Source: Lama guanicoe (lineage: Eukaryota). From it: a DNA stretch of 64,000 bases. A program made the translations under genes and the position numbers. The stretch lies in NCBI GenBank assembly GCA_013239625.1, contig MU053431.1, forward strand, positions 1,142,485 through 1,206,484, in the 5' to 3' direction. Positions 14,101-26,981 of this stretch are shown here, piece after piece; positions within the stretch are counted from its first letter, which is position 1; each line of letters opens with the position of its first letter. A model generated the notes under the pieces. That model searched no databases and was not told where the DNA came from. It saw only the letters and a list, made by a program, of their open reading frames with translations.

Positions 14101-15480
14101 GGGGAGCAGCTCCCAAAACGGAGTTTCTCCCTGTCCATAAGCCGAGGACCCCTGCCTGGCATTGCAGCAACCCGGGACCCCTGAGAGCACTGAACAGGAT
14201 GCTGGAAAATTCCACACCCGGGTGCACTTGAGCCCCCAGGAGTGTGTTAGGTGGACACCGCGTGTGCCGAGGGCAGGGGGCGGAGAAGGTGGCGGGCAGA
14301 GAGGGCTTGTGCCGCAGGACCCAAGGTGTCCTTCCGACCCCAGCGCCGCGGCTCCTGGCCAGACATGTCCACCCGGGAGAGGCCACAACGGGGTCGCGGT
14401 GACGTGCTGCTCGGGTCACCGCCCCAAGGCAGCGAGGCGCCTGCGCCAAGCTTTGTGACAGCCCAGGAATCGCCCTTGCAGCCACTCCAGCAGCTTCTGT
14501 CCCTGTGAGCTGGGGGTGGCCCGCTGCAGTTTCCTGGAACGGTAATGAGTTGCTGACCTGACCTTGACCCCGACCACGTTAGTCCAGGAAGGCTCCAAAA
14601 ATTCGGCCTCATTCTTAGAACTCTGGAGGGCAGACCATCTGAAATCCAACTCCTGGGCGCTCAGGAGCCCTGAAGGCCCCCCGGTGAGCCCCCACCCACC
14701 CCGAAAGGGAGATCCATCTTTGCAGCAAAGGGGCGGGGGCGGCGGCCTCCTGAAGGCTTAGAGATTAAGTTCTCAGGCCCCGGAGGCCGCGGGGAATTCC
14801 AAGCTAGAATGAGAATACACTGGAGGAACCCTGGTTTTCTGATTCTGAATCTTTGAAACTGTTTAATCCTTGATCATCAAATGCAAACTACGCCCAGGAC
14901 AGAAATGAAGATCTCACAGCCGGGGAGGTTGGAGCCAGGAGCTGGGCAACCTGTCCTCGGGCCTCCTGCTGCCACGGGACGCTTGGCTTTACTTTTCAAC
15001 CCCCACTTCCCTCGATTACGACCGAGGTCTAAGGAGGCAATGTCACTTGGCCTTGGCACAGAGGAGCTTGAAGTCACCCACACCCGGGACTTGCACGCTT
15101 CCATTCTGGGCACAGACTGGGGTCCCCCAGGGCGGCCCCCGCCCCCGTGGGGTCCTCAGGAGGCTGACGAGGCCTCTCTCTGGAGCAGAAGTCCCACCGG
15201 AGGGCACTCGGGGGCGCAGGGTGGGGATCTGGAAGCTCTGCCTGCAGCAGCCTCGGGAGGAAGGAGAGTAGGGAAGGGGGGTTATTCAGGGAACGTGGCC
15301 ACCCTTCCCGCCCGGACACCCGCTCACCACCTCGGTCTGCTCCCACCGCTCCCTGCCCGATGACGGTGCCGCCGCGTGTTCACCGTGGGCGAAGCACGAG
15401 TGGGAGTGGGCGGCAGCGCCAGCTCCCTGGTTTTCTAAACACAAACGGAGAGGAGCTCTCACCCCCAGTGTAGCCCTCCA

Positions 15481-15708
15481 CACCCCTCCCCCCGGCGCCC
15501 CTGTGTTTGTTCTCTACGTCTGTGAGTCTGTCTCAGTTTTGTAGGTGAGTCATTTGTGTCGTTATTCAATATCTTGTAGTAGCCTGTAATGAAAACAAAT
15601 ACACGTATGTGCGTGTATTAGACTGAAGCATCAGGCTGCACACCAGGAACTGACGCAGCGCTGTAAACTGACTACACGTCAATTTAAAGTTTTTGAATTA
15701 AATTAAAT
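15481..15708. mobile_element. LINE-1 3' end fragment with 5' inversion (15481-15560 antisense; 15563-15708 sense)
   Basis: The antisense part (tttgttctctacgtctgtgagtctgtctcagttttgtaggtgagtcatttgtgtc) and the sense part (caatatcttgtagtagcctgtaatgaaaa...ctgtaaactgactacacgtcaatttaaa) both resemble recalled cetartiodactyl L1 3'UTR segments. Confidence 0.7.
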
Positions 15709-18097
15709 GAGAAGACAGCAGGAGGGAGTCTGAAGGCAGCGCTCGGCCGAGATTCTTAGGGAAAGGGATGGAAATTTCTATCTTCCACTTCCGCAAACAC
15801 CACATTGCTTTCTTCTATCCTATGAGACGTTAATTTTTACGAGAACTGAGGCCGTGCTCTTGCCAGCCGGAGACAGAGAACGTGGCACCTGCTGTGGATG
15901 GAAACCCTGCCCTCAGCTTCCCGGGACTCATGTGAATGACTGCCTACACCCAAAGGTGACCTCTCGGGGAGGCCTGTGCCCAGGCGGGAGGCGGCGGGGA
16001 ACGAGGCCGGAGTCTGGGAGAACTGTGGGGTAGTCCTGGCCATCGCAGTAACAGGCAGCAGCCGCTGTCACTCCCGGGAGGTACCGCCGTGGCCTCGCCG
16101 GCCGCACGCTCCCGCCACGGGCCGCCGACTGGTTCCCACGCCCTCCGTTCCCACCGCCGTGCCTGGGCTTGTTCCTGACCCCGTTCCTGCCACCTGCGCT
16201 TGTTTCCATAGGTGACTTCACCACCACAGCGGTGGCTCGTGCAGGAGGGGCTCCAGACACTCCCCAGGGCAGGTCCTGCGTGGCCTCGGAGCGTCTCAGA
16301 CCCTTGGGGTGTCTCCTGGGGACAAGGATGGAAGGTGCACAGATCTGCCCTTGCACGTCTTTGTCCCCCAACAGTCCAAGCAGAAGCCTTGCCTGCCGTC
16401 CTGATTGCCGGCACCAGCAGCAGTGGGGTCTCCTGCTCGTGGCCTTTGCTAGTCCCGGCCTGCGGGCTGCTTGGCCCAAGCAAGTTAGAACCACTGGGAC
16501 ACCCTGAGGTTGGTGTCGCGGCAGGAGCCCCGTGGCTGCAGCCAAGTGCCCCCAGCTGCCCTCCTCCTGCCTCAGTGGGCCTCTGGGTTCCCTCCTCCCT
16601 TCTCAGCCCCACCCATCCCTGCTGTCCGGGGTCTTCAGACCTGCAAGGACTTCATCTCCATTTCCCAGCAAGACCTTACCCTGGAGAGTGTCTTGCTCAG
16701 CCCCAGAGGGACTGGGATGAGCGGCCTTGAAGGAGCGTCAGGGGCAACTGTGGGGAAATAGGGAAATGGCCTTGAAATTGCCCCCTCCGGGAAGGGGACC
16801 CAAAGAGAGAACGGGAGTGTATCGGTACCTGCATCGCATCTCAGACGCATTAAAACACATCATTCATTCCCCCAAGGATAATCCCAAATGCGTTTGTATC
16901 TGCAGCCCCTTAACTCTGTGGTTTATCACGTCTCCTCCAAACACACCATCAAGACGATCGTCCGCCTTTATGAAGACGGCCGAGCTGGAGCGCAACTCAT
17001 TCCGAGATGACACCACTCGCCCCCGCCCCCGAGCCCAGCAGTCCCCTCACTGTTCTGCCAGGACCCGTGAGCCCGGTTAGGAGAAGGCGTCGCTCTCCGT
17101 GTCCTTGTGGGGGTTCCCTCCGCGGCTGATTGGAGCGATTTACACGAGGCGCTGGGCCCCCGCCGGGCTGGGACTGCTTGTGATGCACGTGTAATTACCA
17201 ACCTTCTTTGCGGCTTTGTGTGCTCTGAGGAGGAGAGGCGTCTCTAACGGAGCTATTTTAGTTGTGCTGATGAAATGCATATTCATTCGCCGGGCGCGGG
17301 GAGTGGGGGGGCTTGATTATTTAGTTATTATTGCAAGTCACGCGGGGTGCTCGGGGACAGGACCCGCCAGGGTAGGGACATGCGTTACAGATAGGATGCT
17401 GTGACCTTGAGCTGTGACAGACTTACCACTGCCTCCTGGAATCTGAGGTCGCCAGCCCCTCTCTCCCACAAGATCTGCTGGTTTTCTCCGGGGAAAGTCT
17501 CCGACCTCCCTCCGTCCCCTTGGCTGAGCTCGGGGTCCCCATCCCCGACTCCATCCTGTCTTCATGCTCGTCTTCCCCCGGCCGCACCTTCCCCAGAGAA
17601 CCCCAGGTCACTTGGGACCCCCGGGGCGCTGTCTCTCAGGGCCCCTGCGTGCTGGGCCCCGGGTCGCGCGAGGACACGCTTCATCCTGGGGTTTATAGGC
17701 AGTGTCTCTCGTGAAGGACCCAGACCGCCCCCTCAAGCTCCACCTCCCCTACATCTGTGACCCCATGACCCAGCCCCACACTTGTTCGATGGCTTTGCAA
17801 TTTGGAAAGAGAAAAGGAAAAAAATCTTGTAATTCGGTTCAATTTTGCACACGTTTAGTGGGCCCCTCTGTGACCTGAGCACAGGGTACCCCAGAGAGAT
17901 GCAGGGGAGTAAACATTACCCAACCCCGAAGAAATAAACGCGAGCCAAGTCACCACGGGGCCTCGGGGAGAGGTACCCGATGCTGTGGGTACCTCCCTCG
18001 GGCTCCACACTCCAGAGACAACAAGCAAGCTGCAGGTGTCATTTCACATTTCCTACTAGCCACATTTAAAGGAGTGAAAAGGAAGATGTGAGATTCG

Positions 18098-18460
18098 TTT
18101 TGTTGTTGTGGTGAAAGACACACAACATAAACTTTGCAGTCACGGCGTCCCCTTTAAGCGCGTGGCGCGGTGGCATTAACATACATTCATAATGTCGTGC
18201 AACCGTCACCGCCTTCCGTCTGCCGACCTCTTCTCTTCTGGCAAAACTGAATCTCTGCTCCTTTAAACCCCAATCCTCGCAGAAGTGGGAGCGCGTGGGA
18301 GTCGTCCTTTGTGTGCCTGCGTTGTTTCACGTAGGCCGGTGTCTTCAAGGCTCATCCACATTGTAGCACATGTGAGAACTTCCTTCCTTCTTAAGGCTGA
18401 ATGGTATCCGTTGTCCGGATGGACCGCAGTTTGCTTATCCATTCATCTGTCATCGGCCAC
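18098..18460 (-). mobile_element. Old L1M-type 3'UTR fragment
   Basis: Typical L1M antisense phrases: ggcattaacatacattcataatgtcgtgcaaccgtcacc; tcaaggctcatccacattgtagca; ttccttccttcttaaggctgaatggtatcc; tttgcttatccattcatctgt. Boundaries are approximate. Confidence 0.7.
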
Positions 18461-21400
18461 GTGTGGGGCTGAGCGCGACACCACACCTCTGAGCACCTCT
18501 CCCTGCAGCCCCGCCGTGAACGCGCTGTGAAGCTTCCAGTGGGAGCCCCACCCCGAGGAGGCGGGACAGGCTGGACTGTGCGGCAGCAGGGCCGCCTGAG
18601 GAGTTTGCAGAGTTGCCTTCGCTGGCCAGTGGGTTGGCCAGAGGCTGCAGGGGAGACAGCTGAGTCTTCAGCCGGCTTAGAAGTTAGAGGACCCCCACGG
18701 GGCCCCCAGGTCTGAGCTTCAGGGACCTATAGCACCAAGGCATTTCCCTTGAGTCCGGCACCCAAGACAAGAACACAATTCTCACGTCCTCAGCTCATAC
18801 CAATCAAGTCCTCTTCTTTCATTCCAAGGAGACTCCTGGGGGTCTCCAAGCACAGGGACCTTTGTCTATCTTGGAAGCAGACCCTGTGGTTGAGCAGCTA
18901 GCCCCTGCTTCCCTCTGAGATCCCTCTGCCTCATGGCAAGAACACCCTGCTGTTCCCTGCACCCTTGAGGCTGCTTTCCAGGCAAGGACCAGAGCACCCA
19001 ACCTTTAGTGACCTGGGCACTATGATTTTATTTTATGTTTTGAGAAGTGAAGAGAGAGTTGGTAATGGCTCATGGGCTCAGTGATGCACTCAAGGAGTCA
19101 AACTGTCTATTTCCTGACACCAGTGACCTTAGCTGTTGGCTTTGTGTCCTTGTGGTTGCAAGAAGGCTGCCAATGCTCCTGCCATCTTCTCCTCTTCAAG
19201 AAATAACAGTAGTAACTATCTTTTCATGCTTGTTGCTAGAAAACAAAATATCCCCATAACTGCTCCCCCTGCAACCTACTGACTTTCCCTTCTGTCTCAT
19301 CCTGCAGAGACAGGCTACAGACCACCCTGAGCTGCAAGGGAGGCTGTGACAGCAAATGGTGGCAGTATGTCCCTTCCCAGCTCCTTCGGCTTCAAGAGTT
19401 ACTAGAATTTTTTTTCCTTCTTTAGAGAGGAAGGTGGGGCTTTGCAATTTCATTTTTAGGTGTCATCTCATTAATTATGTACTTATTTGCAGTGACTGTG
19501 CCTTCAGACTCCAAGGCCAGTGCTCCAACACGTTGGTGAATTATGTGTTCATTACATGAGTGCAGCATAGACAGCGTCCTGATGCCTGGAACAATCATGC
19601 ACGTAATAAAAAAACCTTTGTCGTGTATTCATTTTGCTGCAGTAACCGTCTTGCCTCGTGTTGGGAGTGTTATTAGGAGCCCCTGATGACGGTCATTTTC
19701 ATAGAGCAGAGTTATTGCCATGTTTAGATTGTCAGAGTTTTTATTACGGTGCTAAAATGAAACTGATACCGGAAGAAAGTAGGCTGGCACACCTGTAGCT
19801 CCCAGGGTCTGCGAGGCAGAGGCTGCCGCTGAGGTGTGACTCAGCCATCCGAACCAGGGCTGCAGTGGTGCCTCCGCTGTGCAGGGCCCGAGGCGGGCCA
19901 GCTGGGTGCAGACGCCTCTGAGGACGGACTAGAGGGCGTGTCTCCCCAAGTCCCCACCTCCCCCTCAGTGGATTTCACCTCAGCCTCTCCATCCCCGGCT
20001 GGACCGCGTCAGGCAGGCAGGACGCTCTCGGCAGGGACGCTGTCCAGGGTGTGCGTGCGGAGGGCGGGCCGGGCCACCTTGCCGAGGTCCCTGCAGCCCG
20101 CCTGCTCTCTGTGGCTCCGTGAAGATGCCTTCTGGCCTCCCTGTCTGAGCCTCAGACCCCTCACAGCTGAGAAGCTTGGGGGAAACGCCGGCAGTTTCTC
20201 CAAATTTCACCCTGAGTTTGGACCTGAGATTCACGTGTCCGGAGAGGTGGTGGCGATGTTGTGATCGCATGAGGACCGTGGTGGCTCTAGGCTGCCCCCC
20301 GCTGGAGCCGGGCCAGGCTGACGAGCTTGTGTGAGACCAGCTCCCCGCATGTAAATGGCTGCCCATCTGGGACTAAAACTTAAGAACTGAGACCCCAGCT
20401 CAGGGGGCTGCGGGGGTGGAGGCTGCCTCAAGGTCACGAACCTGGGGCCAGGCAGGGCAAGGCAAGAGGCATAGTGGGGACTGCGTGGACATGAGAGCAG
20501 GTGCCCCCATCAGGGGGCTACTGTCTCCGTCCCCAGGATGCCACCATAGGCCAGCACGGCCAGATGTCCCCGTTTTCCCAGAGGAGCCAAAAATCCAGAT
20601 ACTTATATGAAAATGCTGGGGCAAAAAAGCCTGTCACGGGGCCTCGTCTTCACAGGTCTGTGGGGTCTCCTGTGTCTGTGGTAGGAAATGGGGGTGCCCC
20701 CTCGGAATCCTGGGTGTCACTGGAACCAGGCGCCATCTCGCTCAGCCCCACCATTTCCAAAGCCCAGGTCGTAGCGCCAGAACCTTCTCACAGCCCCCCT
20801 CAGGCTTCAGCCCCCGACGCCCACCACGATGGCCATGGCTGGGCCAAGAGGCCAGGCGGAGCTTCCCGGTGCCCACACTGGCTCCACGCACAGGAGCAGC
20901 TGCCCCCTCACGTCTGTTCAGCCCCTCGCAGCTCCAACCTCCTTGAGGCAGGAGCCAGGGCACACAGATTTGGGGGGGTCCACCCCCTGCCATCCTGCAC
21001 AGACACACCCCAACTTGGAAACCAGCACCTGCCCAGCTTCTTGCCAGGTGGTGCCAAGAGTTCAGCATGGCCACAAAGACCTTCTGCACGTAACTGGTCC
21101 CAGTCTGCCGGCCCCTCACCCCCTATTTCTCACCCCTCCCCAAGGATGCATGGAGACGTCCTCCACGGCACAGGTGGACTTACGGCAGGACCCGCTGAGT
21201 TAAATCCAGGGAGGGCCACGTGAAGGTCACACCCAACTACACTGTCACTTGGACACTGGGAGACATAGAGCAGGCCTTAAACCTTTTCCTGCTTCAGAAA
21301 CCTGCGTTTGCTGCTGAGATGCGTCCCGTTACTCCTTCCCTGAGTCTGCGTCTTGTGTCATCATACAAGCAGGATTCAGAGGCAGGGGGACCTGTGAGAG

Positions 21401-23239
21401 AGTCATGCCAAACCCTCAGACAACGGTGGCGGCGGTGGTGGTGCTGACGACAGCCATGGCGACAGTGATGCTGTCGAGAAAAATGGCAACACAGCCCAGC
21501 GACAGAGGTGGTGCTGCTGCTGCTGGTGATGTGGATGGAGACGGTGGTGATGCCGAGAACGCCGCGATGAGGGCGTGATGGTGCTGGCGGTGCAGGAGGA
21601 GGCAGTGCGGCCACCGTCTGTCGAGCGCTTTCTACGGGTCTGTGTAACTACAGACACCTTCCTCTTCATGCTCTCGGCAACTGCCATCCAGCAGGTATCA
21701 TCGCCCCTTTACAGAAGAAGAGATGAAGAGGAAGTGGAACCTGCCCGCAGGCACACGAATGAGTGAGATGAGGATCGGAACCAGAACGATTTGCATCCTA
21801 CACCCGAGCTCGTTGGCATAATACCTTCAGCATGAGCTTGTGTGTTTCCTGTGCAGCTGAAGTGGCCCTCTATGGCCACTCAGACAATCGGCGTCATGAG
21901 AGTAAGTGCTCGTGAAGTCTCAGGGAACCAGGACGTGCTCTCCTCCATGAAGTAATTTACATCAAAGCACGGCTCAATCAGTGAACACTCTGTAGTAACG
22001 CCGTGCAGTGCGGCAGCTTTGTTAGATGGAAAAGGTGTGTTTTATTGAAAAGATTGGAAGAGACAATGTCTGTAGGGTCGGGAAGAAATTGCTGGAGGAA
22101 GGCATGTCTCTAAGGACCATTGCTCTGTTTGCCACATTAAACACATCAACTTGTTTTCTTTTCCATTATAATTCTCCAGCAGATGTCCGGAGCAACAGGA
22201 CCCCAGGGGGAAATCCCCTTGTCCTCCGTAACTCGAAGACTGGGGCTCCGTTTCACTCCGGCTTTCCTTTGGACCTCAGGGTGGTGTCATCTTCCATCCT
22301 TCTCCAAAGGCGTCTCCATGGCTACCCTGCCGAGTGCGGGATGCTGGTCGTAGCTGGATCCGCAGATGCCTTGAACCTTCTAGCGATGGATTAGAGTACA
22401 GAGAAGATGCTCTCCCTCCCCACCCCCGACACTCTCGTGATGTGAATTACGGGCATTGATGATGGCAGAGAGGCAGGAAGGAATTAAAGCAGACAGGCTC
22501 TTGGAGAGCCTCACTACAGGGTCACGGGTCTCACCTGAGGAGGCGAAGTTTCCGTCATTTCTTCCCTGTGCTGAGCTGCCTGCCTCTGTTACAAGAGCCG
22601 CTCTGTTGCACGTGTTCGTCTTTCTAATACTGACCTCATTAAATTTATTTGGAATTAACCAGCATGAAAACTTCCGAGAAAAGAGGTCTTGATAAGAAAG
22701 AGTAAGCCAGTGCCAAATAAGAGATCCAGGTCAAATTTAATCCAATTGTAGGGATATTTAGAAGGGGAAGAAAGAATCCTTTAATTTGAAGGCTTTTTTT
22801 CATCTACATCCTTCTTTCAACTTATTCTATAAAGGAGCCATTAAATTGTGTAGTAACACTGGGGCCAGTGCATTGTAAGAACAGGCTTAACCCTCCGAAG
22901 ATTACAAGTTGGAGCCAAACTTTCTGAGTGTTGGCAGCTTCAACATGAGGCTTCTTCAAGCAGGATGTCTGAAGGTTGGGTCTCTCCAAAGCCCACCCCT
23001 CTCCTGGGACCCAGTGGCCATTTCCTTTACCCCATAACCACGGTTACAAGGTTTGAGTCTGCGGCATGAAAGTTCATTTTTCTCACTTGACATGTCGATC
23101 CTAGAGTTGGTGGATTTTTTTTCCTTTCTTCCCTATTCATTCCTTTACCCCATGACTTTTAAAACTATGTGATGATACCAGAATGAAAAGTTACAGATCC
23201 AGCCTCTGACTGTAGCCTCACCACAAGGCTCACTCAGAA

Positions 23240-23460
23240 CTCTGCTGAGCACTTACTGTGGGCAAGGTCCTGTCCAACTGCTTCACGTACAAGACTTCCT
23301 TCAAAATTCCCTCAAACTTTGGAGGTAGGTACTATTTGTATCTCTGTTTTACCAACAGGGAAACTGAGGCAGAGAGGGAGTTAAATAACTTGCCCAAGAT
23401 CACACGGTAGAAAATAGCAGGTCCAGGATCTGACCCCACGTGGTCTGGACCCAGAGTTGA
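23240..23460 (-). mobile_element. MIR SINE
   Basis: MIR core, antisense: ttttaccaacagggaaactgaggcagagagggagttaaataacttgcccaagatcacac. Confidence 0.75.
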
Positions 23461-23527
23461 CTCTGATTCATCTCGCCCTGTGGCATTTCTGTTATATTGT
23501 CAACTGCCCACTTGATTTTCAAACTTA

Positions 23528-24951
23528 CCATCATCATCATCATCTCCATCACCATCTCCTCCATCATTGCCATCATTACATCACCATCATCACCACCATC
23601 ATCACCATCATCACCACCATCGTCACCACCACCATCATCACCACCACCCTCATCACCACCATCATCACCACCACCGTCACCACCACCACCATCACCACCA
23701 CCATCATCACCACCACCATCATCACCACCATCATCATCACCACCATCATCATCACCACCACCATCATCACCACCATCATCATCACCACCATCATCATCAC
23801 CACCACCATCATCACCACCATCATCATCACCACCATCATCATCACCACCACCATCATCACCACCATCATCATCACCACCATCATCATCACCACCACCATC
23901 ATCACCACCATCATCATCACCACCATCATCATCACCACCACCATCATCACCACCATCATCATCACCACCATCATCATCACCACCACCATCATCACCACCA
24001 TCATCATCACCACCATCATCATCACCACCACCATCATCACCACCATCATCATCACCACCATCATCATCACCACCACCATCATCACCACCATCATCATCAC
24101 CACCATCATCATCACCACCACCATCATCACCACCATCATCATCACCACCATCATCATCACCACCACCATCATCACCACCATCATCATCACCACCATCATC
24201 ATCACCACCACCATCATCACCACCATCATCATCACCACCATCATCATCACCACCACCATCATCACCACCATCATCATCACCACCATCATCATCACCACCA
24301 CCATCATCACCACCATCATCATCACCACCATCATCATCACCACCACCATCATCACCACCATCATCATCACCACCATCATCATCACCACCACCATCATCAC
24401 CACCATCATCATCACCACCATCATCATCACCACCACCATCATCACCACCATCATCATCACCACCATCATCATCACCACCACCATCATCACCACCATCATC
24501 ATCACCACCATCATCATCACCACCACCATCATCACCACCATCATCATCACCACCATCATCATCACCACCACCATCATCACCACCATCATCATCACCACCA
24601 TCATCATCACCACCACCATCATCACCACCATCATCATCACCACCATCATCATCACCACCACCATCATCACCACCATCATCATCACCACCATCATCATCAC
24701 CACCACCATCATCACCACCATCATCATCACCACCATCATCATCACCACCACCATCATCACCACCATCATCATCACCACCATCATCATCACCACCACCATC
24801 ATCACCACCATCATCATCACCACCATCATCATCACCACCACCATCATCACCACCATCATCATCACCACCATCATCACCACCATCATCACCACCACCACCA
24901 TCACCACCACCATCATCACCACCACCATCATCATCACCATCATCACCATCA
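23528..24951. repeat. (CAC/CAT)n compound trinucleotide array; core of 25 perfect 45-bp units (23708-24832)
   Basis: Read directly. The unit is (CAC)3(CAT)2(CAC)2(CAT)3(CAC)2(CAT)3, sequence lines recur every 180 bp (4 x 45), and the flanks are degenerate. Confidence 0.97.
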
Positions 24952-26843
24952 GTAATCAACAGGAGAAACAAGACATCATTTCTATTACTTTTCTCCTCAC
25001 CATCTGGAGGAAAAGGAATTGGAAAAAGGAAATTGCGTATTTTATGCACAACTGCCAACTCAAAGGTTCAATTTTATAATAGCTTATGCAAAACAGCAGT
25101 ACAAGCAATTCTCAGTTATTTGGGAGAATCAGATAACTGTAAAATGTGAATAAGGAGAAACACAAGTACACTTGATTTAGGACTGCATTGTGCTGATTTT
25201 TAATAGACCATTTTTTATGAAATGAATTTTCATAAAAGCTTTTCCCAAAGTATGTCCTAGGGAGCAACCATGGTATCGCAGTGGCTGTTTTGGCAGGGGG
25301 AGTGAAGTGCCCAGCAGTCAGATTGCTTTGGCTTCGTTAACCAAGATGAAGCAGGCCTCCTTTCTGCAGGGCTTCTCAGGGCCTTTGGCATGCTCCCACC
25401 TAGGGAGCTTCTCTGAAACATGTTGTGATAGGCAGCCTTTGCCAAACGCATTTGACCTTGGAACCCTTCCCCTGCCAACAGAACTCTTAGAATTGGAATA
25501 GACTAACATTTTGGTTACTGGTTTGGGTATAACGTGGCACCTGCAAGTTTCATCTAGTCTCACAACCAGTGGCCCTTTAGCCCTTTCTCTGTGCCAGACA
25601 CAGACTGCCCTCATAGGACACTCAGTCTCAGGAAAGACAGTATTAGTCAAATAATCAAATAAAGATAAAATGGAAACTGTGACAAATACCACCAAGAAGA
25701 CAGAGAGGCCGTGCTGTAAAAGTCAGCCCAATCCAGGCTGGCGGTGGGGGTGGAGGTAGCACCTAAACTAAGAACTGGAGCATGAACAGGAGTTAACTCA
25801 GAAAAGGAAGGTGCGCAAAGGTCCTGAGACAGAGGCAGACACAGTGCATCTAAGGATCTAAAGGAAGGCCAGCATGGCTGGGGAGGAGGGAGGGAGGGCC
25901 TGGTAGGGTGTTGGGAGAGGATGGGGAACAGCTACTTGGTCTAGGCTGGGCTGGGCAGAGAGTCCAGGAAGGAGGCCTGGGTAGGTTCTGGGGTCAGGCC
26001 AAGACCTTTGTTGATAATCTCAGGTCTGCCCACCTCCTCCTAGCCAGCATTCTCACAGCCAACAAAGCCAGAAGGCCCTGGAGCTAGAGCAAGTTCCCAT
26101 GCAGATGACTGCTGCTCTGGCAGGGATGGTCCCAGACACTGCCCTGCACCTGGAGAGGCAGGAGGCAGCCAGCATGCCCCCTCTCAGCTGGGCCTGAGGG
26201 TCCCATGTGTCATAACCCACCAGAGATGCAGCACAGGCTGCTCGTGGCAGACCGTCAGGTCCTTCCTTCCTCTGCTGATGTTACAGCAAAGCCCCAAGAG
26301 CCCAGCTCCGTGAGGACATCCAGAAAGAGGAGCTCTGTCTTCTAAAACTTAGAATTCAGCTCAAGGCCATTACTGCTGGTAAGAATAATCCTCCGTTAAT
26401 CACCTGCTCTGCGTGGTTCCTGAGTATGATGAGTGCTTAGAATAAACTCAGATTAAGAGGGAAAAAGCACCCAAGAGGTTGCCATGGTGACAGCCTATGT
26501 ACCCCCCCTTGCAGATACTTCTGATGTCACTTCCCTGACCCCCAGCTCTATCTGAGCCCCTTCAGGAGTTCCCTTTGTAGGAAACAACCTGGTAAACTCT
26601 CACCGAATCCCTCCTTCCCATCTGGTAGAATCAAAAAGACATGAAAGAAGAGAATATACGTTAAGGTTTCCCCTTACTGATTCTATAAGTTATAGTCAAA
26701 TCCTGCAATGAAATGCTCTTGAAACGATAAATCCTATACTTAAGAATTTACATGGAAAAATCCCCAAGAAGTGAAAAAGTGACAGAGTAACACATACATT
26801 ATGATCTTGGTTATGTAAAACAGTTATAAAGGGTCCATAACTA

Positions 26844-26981
26844 CACCTGCACCTCTATCTGCACCTGCACCTACGCCTGCACCTGCATCTACACCTACAC
26901 CTGCACCTGCACCTGCATCTACACCTGCACCTGCACCTGCATCTACACCTGTACCTACACCTGTACCTTCACCTGTACCTG
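26844..26981. repeat. Degenerate hexanucleotide tandem repeat, 23 units, consensus CACCTG
   Basis: Parses as in-phase hexamers: cacctg (12 exact) plus caccta, catcta, tacctg and other variants. Confidence 0.93.

Noticed and set aside
21422..21600. Degenerate GGT/GAT/GCT-rich tract that could pair with the CAC/CAT array 2 kb downstream
   Set aside because: Too degenerate and low-complexity to support a specific duplex.
23708..24832. CRISPR-like array
   Set aside because: There are no unique spacers; this is a eukaryotic simple tandem repeat.
23400..25149. Five long ORFs (457-552 aa: poly-His, Gly/Asp, Ser/Pro, Ile/Thr, Met/Val)
   Set aside because: They are purely translations of the CAC/CAT repeat, with no domain content or exon structure.
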